Assembly (NCBI GenBank): GCA_963702005.1
Contig: OY969696.1
Coordinates: 32,001-96,000, forward strand
DNA length: 64,000 nucleotides
Direction: 5' to 3'
From: Candidatus Aminicenantes bacterium
GTDB taxonomy: Bacteria > Acidobacteriota > Aminicenantia > Aminicenantales > JAFGBC01
Shown: piece by piece, positions 58,926 through 64,000 of the stretch
How positions within the stretch are numbered: the first letter of the stretch is position 1
Layout: every line of letters starts with the position of its first letter
The notes under the pieces: generated by a model
Database searches by the model: none
Told to the model about the DNA's origin: nothing
The model's input: only the letters and a program-made list of their open reading frames with translations
Made by a program: the position numbers and the translations under genes

Positions 58926-59222
58926 TTAATCCTCTCCCCCTGATTTCCTTCCCTTCCCGTTCCCGTTTCCGCCTGCGTTCGACCTGCCGTTTCCTTCCAT
59001 CCTGAGCCCTATTTTCTTCGGGCAGAGCGATGAAAGCACGATATGCCCGCTGTCCGTCACGATGATGCTTCTCGTCGGCTTCCCGCAGGTTGCGTCTATG
59101 GCCTGGTTCTTTTCCTTCGCTTCCTTTACCATCCGCTTGACTGGAGCTGAGTTCGGGTTCACGACCGCGACGACCCTGCGAGTAGCGACGATGTTCTCGT
59201 ATCCCACGCTTAGGGCGTTCAT
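58926..59222 (-). CDS. RemA/DUF370 family protein
   Basis: VG..N.V...RVVAVV.P.SAPVKRM..EA......IDAT.G..TRSIIVTDS.H.VLS, the RemA family pattern. Confidence 0.85.
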   Translation of the reverse strand: MNALSVGYENIVATRRVVAVVNPNSAPVKRMVKEAKEKNQAIDATCGKPTRSIIVTDSGHIVLSSLCPKKIGLRMEGNGRSNAGGNGNGKGRKSGGED

Positions 59223-59475
59223 GCGTTCATCCTCCTTTCAATCGCTTTTTCGAATCGGGATTCATTTTGGCCTCCTTATTCTTTCCTGTGTTCTCATTTA
59301 TTCGAATTCATTCAATACAAATCGCTTTCGCGCGATTTCGCCGATTAACAAATCGGCTCCAAATATTTCTCGCGCCTGCTCGCGAGATCTCCCGGATGCG
59401 AGTCGCAGGTCGCGAGCTCGGGCCGTCTGGCTGTCGGCCCCACTGGGATAAAAAAACAGGCTTCCAAAGCGGTTT

Positions 59476-59793
59476 TTAATCACTGATTTCCCCTGGCTCT
59501 TTGTCTTTTTGCTGGTCGCTGAAGCGTTGCTGATAGCGTCTGATTCTGTGCTCCTGGCTTTCGAGCACGTGTTCCTGAACCCTGAGCTCTCTGGCGAGGG
59601 ATTCTCTGGCTTCCCTGAGCCTGGCGATGTAGTCGTCGCGGACGGCGAGCGAGCTCCGCAGGATGGCGACGTCCTTTTTGAGCTCGTCCTCGATGGACGG
59701 GTAGGCTGGCGCCAGGGCGAGGGAGAAGCCTCCTCCCAGGCCTGCGCCAGGGCCATCGGCCCTCCCCAGGTTCCCATGATAGGAGGCGCTCAT
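59476..59793 (-). CDS. Hypothetical coiled-coil protein
   Basis: AAGGAGGTG RBS; ATGA coupling to the upstream ORF; heptad-like C-terminal half. Confidence 0.6.
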   Translation of the reverse strand: MSASYHGNLGRADGPGAGLGGGFSLALAPAYPSIEDELKKDVAILRSSLAVRDDYIARLREARESLARELRVQEHVLESQEHRIRRYQQRFSDQQKDKEPGEISD

Positions 59794-59969
59794 GTTTTCA
59801 CCTCCTTATCGCTTTTTGCGGCATCCGCCGCATGGAGCGACCTGCCGTTCGCCAGAATCCATGTGGCAGTCGCCCCGAGAATCTGCTGGCGGATGCTCAC
59901 GCCAGTCGCAGCCCGTATCGCCACGAGCTCGGCGAGAAACTCGGGAGGGATGACGAGAGCGTAGGTCAT
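59790..59969 (-). CDS. Small putative ribbon-helix-helix DNA-binding protein (59 aa, not in the ORF track)
   Basis: MTYALVIPPEFLAELVAIRAATGVSIRQQILGA...; GAGGAGG RBS; ATGA overlap. Confidence 0.55.
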   Translation of the reverse strand: MTYALVIPPEFLAELVAIRAATGVSIRQQILGATATWILANGRSLHAADAAKSDKEVKT

Positions 59970-59981
59970 GTTCTCGCCTCC

Positions 59982-60257
59982 TCAATACTCCCAGGTCCTA
60001 CGCTGAAAACAGGCGACGCACGAGACTATGGGCTTTCTGGTTTTCTTGCCGCACGAACTGCACTCAAGCGGCCTGGCGATTCGCTTCCAGTTGCGCTGTT
60101 CCGCGTCCGTGTCTATGCCCATGTGACCCAAGTCGTATTTCCCGACGAAAGGCCCAAACGCCCACGGGTCCTTCTTCACCTCCTTACGGTTTTGGACGGT
60201 TCCCTTGCCCGAAGGCTTCGAGGACCTCCCGCGCTTTTCGCTTTTTATCGCTGTCAT
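59982..60257 (-). CDS. Small basic protein with a C-terminal CxxC...CxxC zinc finger
   Basis: AGGAGG RBS ahead of the ATG at 60257; CSSC...CVAC. Confidence 0.6.
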   Translation of the reverse strand: MTAIKSEKRGRSSKPSGKGTVQNRKEVKKDPWAFGPFVGKYDLGHMGIDTDAEQRNWKRIARPLECSSCGKKTRKPIVSCVACFQRRTWEY

Positions 60258-60462
60258 GTCTACCGACCTCCTTTTGTTTCGCCAGGGGTGCGGGCGGCTT
60301 ATCTCTGTTGGAGCCTTTCGGTTGCTCGGTCGGAGACCGAAACAGAGAATATGCCGCCACGGTGGCGAATCTGGAAAGAGGAGGTCGGACTGCGAGTCGC
60401 AGAGCGCAAGCGGGCGGGAGCCTGAGGGCCTGCCGCGCCAGACGGACGCGCAGAAAGCGCCC

Positions 60463-60972
60463 TCAATATCCATCCTCATCCTCCTCATCTTCTGGCGGCC
60501 GTTCGTCGTCGTCCTCTTCTTCTTCGAGGTCGTAATCTACATTAAGGGAAGAGCGCGCTTTCCTCTTTTCAAACTCCTCGGCGAGCCGAGCCATCTCCGC
60601 TTTATCGCGCTCGAAGTCTGCGGCGAATTCCGCGTTAAGCCGCTTGGTTTCCTGGATGCGCTCGAACGTCTCGGGGTCGTAGTTCTCAGGGTGGTCTTCC
60701 CACATACCATCGTAATAGCCCCGCGATTCTAGGTCTTTGAATTCGTGCCAACAACGGCGGATCTGATCGAGCGGGCTCCAAACCGCATATTTCGGGCAGC
60801 GCAAGCAATTCTCAAAACTTATTGTCGCTCCCGCCTCGGGGCAGTCGGCGCTGCCCGGGTAAAAAAGCCGCCGCGCTCCCAGGCCCGTATTGAGCGCACT
60901 CCCAACGTTCGCAGCAGGGCGTTTCCTCACAAGGCCTAGGCGGTTGTAGAAAGGATTCCTGGAGAACCTCAT
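60463..60972 (-). CDS. Hypothetical Cys-containing protein with an acidic tail
   Basis: ATGA-coupled; CP...C..C.....C; D/E-rich C-terminus. Confidence 0.55.
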   Translation of the reverse strand: MRFSRNPFYNRLGLVRKRPAANVGSALNTGLGARRLFYPGSADCPEAGATISFENCLRCPKYAVWSPLDQIRRCWHEFKDLESRGYYDGMWEDHPENYDPETFERIQETKRLNAEFAADFERDKAEMARLAEEFEKRKARSSLNVDYDLEEEEDDDERPPEDEEDEDGY

Positions 60973-62072
60973 ACGAACTCCCTCATGAGCCTGAATTCGA
61001 CGCGGTGCTGGAGCGTCCAGTCGAGCGCGCGGTAGACCAGGTCCATGTTCTCGTTCTGGTGCTTCGCATTCGCCGAAACCACGACGACGCGCACGAAGCC
61101 AGCCTGAAGGTCGCGCAGGACGTTCTCGACGACGTGAGGATTGGGCTCGGTCTCGATTTCGTAGGCCGTCGCTCCGTCCGCTCCGACGACCGCGACGTCC
61201 GCAGACTTGCCGCCCATGAAATGCTCGACGAGAGCGCTCTCCCCGCGCTCCGCCAGCTTCCGCGCAAGCAGGTTCTGCGCGATGACGTGGGCGGCCGCTC
61301 CCTTCCCCGGAAGCCGGACGTCCTCCGGCTTGACACCGAGATATTCGGCCGCCTTCTCCTTGAGAAGAACGAAGGTCGAGGGGCTTCCCTTCTTCCCGAA
61401 GTTAAACGGGACAAGCTCGACCAGGCCGAGCAATGCCATCTCACCGATGAGCTTCCTGCCGTATTTGGCGTCGATGCCGGCTTCTTCGTAGCATTGCGTC
61501 AGCGTTTTGAACCGCTCGGGCAGGATGGCCCTGAGCAGGTCATTCCACGCTCGTCTGGGCTTGAGCTCCACGTGCTCTCGCGTCACGCTTTGCACGTCAA
61601 GCCCGTTGACCAGGTCGACGGAGCCTGCGTCCGATTCCGCCTGGAGCGGAACGAAAGGCAGCGCGTCGAGCGCGGGTTTCATCTTCTGCCGAATGAAGTC
61701 TTCGCTCACGCGCTCCAGCGGGAAGTCGAGCGTCCGGATGAGATAGGGCCTGTCGAGCTCGCTTGAGTAGACGACCGCCGTCCGTTTCGGCAGCTCCGCG
61801 AGCATTGCTTTCTGCTCAGGGAAGAGATTGCACGTCTCCGCTATCGTTTTCATGCATGACGGATTGGGCAGCTTGAAGATGATTATAGTTTCCGTGTTTC
61901 CCGGGAGCGGTTTCGGCTGGAGCGAGATGAGCTGGTCTATGTGCGTTATGGAGCCTCCGTATTTTCTGATTTCCCTGATCAGGCGGAGTATCATCGGCTC
62001 CCTGAGGTCAGAGCGGTTCTTGAGACCCTCGTAGCAGTAGCGATGGACCTCTTCGATGACCAGGATTCTCAT
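60969..62072 (-). CDS. HerA/VirB4-like ATPase C-terminal half (Walker B) followed by putative winged-helix and PD-(D/E)xK-like domains
   Basis: ILVIEEVH, REIRKYG, DQ and N..T.IIF motifs; H....L...L, ADV and YEIE. Confidence 0.7.
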   Translation of the reverse strand: MRILVIEEVHRYCYEGLKNRSDLREPMILRLIREIRKYGGSITHIDQLISLQPKPLPGNTETIIIFKLPNPSCMKTIAETCNLFPEQKAMLAELPKRTAVVYSSELDRPYLIRTLDFPLERVSEDFIRQKMKPALDALPFVPLQAESDAGSVDLVNGLDVQSVTREHVELKPRRAWNDLLRAILPERFKTLTQCYEEAGIDAKYGRKLIGEMALLGLVELVPFNFGKKGSPSTFVLLKEKAAEYLGVKPEDVRLPGKGAAAHVIAQNLLARKLAERGESALVEHFMGGKSADVAVVGADGATAYEIETEPNPHVVENVLRDLQAGFVRVVVVSANAKHQNENMDLVYRALDWTLQHRVEFRLMREFV

Positions 62073-62989
62073 TCCGCATCCCTCGCGCCCGGATTGAACA
62101 TAAGATAGGCTTCAAGCCACTGAAGCAGAAAGCCAACGTAGAAATTGTTGACCATGTCGTCGGGAATGCGGCCTATACGGAGCGCTGAGGATCGCTTGAC
62201 CAGGACCTCTTCGAGCGGGTGCCCTTCCATGCACTTGAGCGCGTCAGCTATGTAGCTCTTCATAAGGGCTTCGGACCTGTTCAGCAGCGATTCTATGAAT
62301 TGCGCTCGCCTGCTGTTCGCCCTGTAGGATTTCTTCAGTATCGCGTTGTATAAGTCGCTGAACGAAGGACAGGGCCTGTTCCTGTCCAGGTTTTCGAGGA
62401 TGGAGCTCAGCTCGTTGCAGGCGCCGTCTCTGAGAAACATGGTCTCCCTGACCAGGCTTACGAGCGCGCCCCGCCAGAAGGCGCGCTCTACCCCCCGCGG
62501 CGGCTGAAGGAAGTTTATTTTCAGGTCCTTCGGGTCGATGACCAGAAAAACGTCCGTCGGGAAGAACTGGGCAAGGTCCAGATACTCATCGGCGCGGTCG
62601 AATATCAGAACCTTGTGTCCGTTCTCTATGAGCGCCCTGACGGCCATTTTTGCGGCGCAGGTCTTGCCCGACCCCGTCGCCCCATAAATGCCGACGTGCT
62701 TTTCCCTGAAAACGCCGAACGGCAGGCAGAAGAGCTCGTCCCCTTTTGCGCCGACTATGCGGCCCAGCGGAATGCCAGCGAGCTGCTTGTCCTTCTCCGA
62801 GAGCCTGCCGAACGCCGGCGGGTCGGCGAGCGAATGGCCCTCCATCTTCAGGAGCCGCTGGAAGTGGCGGAGATACGTCTCGGTCAGCGCCGGGTTCCTG
62901 GCCACCTTCTCAAGGCAGGACAGAATTTCGGGTCGCTCCGGGCCGAGGATCTCGGCGAGGTATGCGAGCTCCTGGAAGGCATAGTTCAT
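62069..62989 (-). CDS. HerA/DUF87-like ATPase N-terminal half (Walker A)
   Basis: HVGIYGATGSGKT, VLIFD...EY and IN.L.PP motifs. Confidence 0.78.
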   Translation of the reverse strand: MNYAFQELAYLAEILGPERPEILSCLEKVARNPALTETYLRHFQRLLKMEGHSLADPPAFGRLSEKDKQLAGIPLGRIVGAKGDELFCLPFGVFREKHVGIYGATGSGKTCAAKMAVRALIENGHKVLIFDRADEYLDLAQFFPTDVFLVIDPKDLKINFLQPPRGVERAFWRGALVSLVRETMFLRDGACNELSSILENLDRNRPCPSFSDLYNAILKKSYRANSRRAQFIESLLNRSEALMKSYIADALKCMEGHPLEEVLVKRSSALRIGRIPDDMVNNFYVGFLLQWLEAYLMFNPGARDAE

Positions 62990-62998
62990 GCCGACGCC

Positions 62999-63244
62999 TC
63001 ATCGTTTCGGCGCTATCCTGTCCAGGAAGCCGACGAGCGCGGGCGCGATGACCGCCGCGCCAATGAGCGCGAACATGAGAAACATCGTCCTGTCTACGCC
63101 GCCATAGCGCGCTAGCGAGATGCCGAAGGCGAGCCCTACGCCCGCTCCTGCAGCGAGCGCGAAGAGCGTACGAAAGTTGCGAGTCGCCCACCTCGCCAGC
63201 CTGACCAGCAGTGCGAGCGCAATCTCGACCATGGCATAAATCAT
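62999..63244 (-). CDS. Small membrane protein (2-3 TM)
   Basis: GGAGG RBS; ATGA coupling; hydrophobic helices. Confidence 0.6.
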   Translation of the reverse strand: MIYAMVEIALALLVRLARWATRNFRTLFALAAGAGVGLAFGISLARYGGVDRTMFLMFALIGAAVIAPALVGFLDRIAPKR

Positions 63245-63618
63245 TTCTGCCTCCCGAGCGCGGTCCGTATCACGCCTCCGAGCCCGCAGGCCCGGCAAAT
63301 CCTAACGCCCTGCTTCAGCAGGCTTTCCCTGGAGCAGGCGGGGCAGCACACCCGCCTGCAGGCATTGCAGAGAAATTTCCCTTCCTTTGCACAGGCGTCG
63401 CAAATGGTGAAGGAGCCGCACACGCTGCAGAGCGCGCCCGTCTCGCCCGCGTGGCCGCAGGAGTTCACTCCCTTCTCGACCTTCGTCGTCCTGTGTATCG
63501 TCCCTTCCGCGTCCACGGCCTCAACGTATAGAATCTTCTTCGACGCGCCCGTGCGCGAGACGCGCCTGCCAAGCCGTTCTATCGTCGTTTTGATTTCTGT
63601 TGGACTTATGCCCCGCAT
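63241..63618 (-). CDS. Cys-rich multi-zinc-finger protein
   Basis: CGH, CSVC, CDAC, CNAC, CCPAC and CRAC. Confidence 0.7.
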   Translation of the reverse strand: MRGISPTEIKTTIERLGRRVSRTGASKKILYVEAVDAEGTIHRTTKVEKGVNSCGHAGETGALCSVCGSFTICDACAKEGKFLCNACRRVCCPACSRESLLKQGVRICRACGLGGVIRTALGRQK

Positions 63619-63793
63619 TCCCTTCTCCTTTATCCTTCTTTATCTTTTCGGAAGCACATCGCATATGTAGTGCAGGACCAGGACCATGACGAAGATCCCT
63701 CCGGCAAGGATTAAGTAAAACCAGAGCACTGCGAGCGCCTCAAACCAGTCCCTTCCTCGCCTCCGCCACCACCTTCCTATGCCGGCCGCCGCA

Positions 63794-64000
63794 CTAGCGG
63801 CCGGCGCTGCGAAAAAAGTAAGCCCCGACAGCGAGCCACATCAAGCAATCCACGATGCCGCCGTGGGGCTTGAGCGAGCGAGCGGCGACGATGCAAATTC
63901 CGAGCGCGAAAGCGAGCCTCAGCGCCACCCTGAGCATGCGCATCATGGCTTCTGCAAGCCTATCAAGCGAGAAGGCCCGGAAGTCCGGTCTTCTCTTCGG
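63794..64000 (-). CDS. Small membrane protein, probably partial
   Basis: Manual translation ...MMRMLRVALRLAFALGICIVAARSLKPHGGIVDCLMWLAVGAYFFRSAGR*. Confidence 0.45.
   Translation of the reverse strand, partial: PKRRPDFRAFSLDRLAEAMMRMLRVALRLAFALGICIVAARSLKPHGGIVDCLMWLAVGAYFFRSAGR

Larger units (their letters stand above)
57488..64000 (-). mobile_element. Integrative element at tRNA-Val (extends beyond the window)
   Basis: Integrase and excisionase abut the tRNA 3' end; co-oriented, tightly coupled small genes; visible shift in composition. Confidence 0.85.

Noticed and set aside
63640-63840. Hydrophobic reading frame ...DWFEALAVLWFYLILAGGIFVMVLVLHYICDVLPKR* on the minus strand
   Set aside because: Looks like a membrane peptide, but no convincing start codon with an RBS was found
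57532-64000. Calling the element a prophage, or defining its far att site
   Set aside because: No capsid, terminase or tail genes and no second copy of the tRNA 3' end inside the window

Overview
High-GC bacterial chromosome window from a diderm. The GWxTD proteins, sulfatase-TPR fusion, Oar-like TonB-dependent receptors and fused LptF/G suggest an Acidobacteriota relative such as Ca. Aminicenantes; this taxonomy is inference. The backbone is housekeeping: ppdK, pyrK-pyrD-pyrF, tRNA-Gly/Cys, ddl-ruvX-mltG, groES/EL with two CIRCE boxes, purC, rpsU, lipA, lptB and tRNA-Val. The main candidate for an undescribed system is an 18-kb envelope locus (24013-42161). It holds three GWxTD proteins (one with a degenerate motif), one exported partner lacking the GWxTD domain, three paralogous carboxypeptidase-regulatory-like+TPR proteins, two TonB-dependent-receptor-like barrels and a 'sulfatase'-TPR enzyme with Thr at the nucleophile position. 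It also has two similar IHF+sigma54 promoter modules, one with no obvious downstream gene. A second notable region is an element integrated at tRNA-Val (57457-64000, running off the window). Its integrase reads through its own att arm and stops in the tRNA anticodon loop. It carries a RemA/DUF370 homolog and a HerA-like ATPase split between Walker A and Walker B, with a PD-(D/E)xK-like domain on the second half. Several nested REP/MITE-like palindromes fill the intergenic spaces. All calls come from reading the sequence; no database searches were run.
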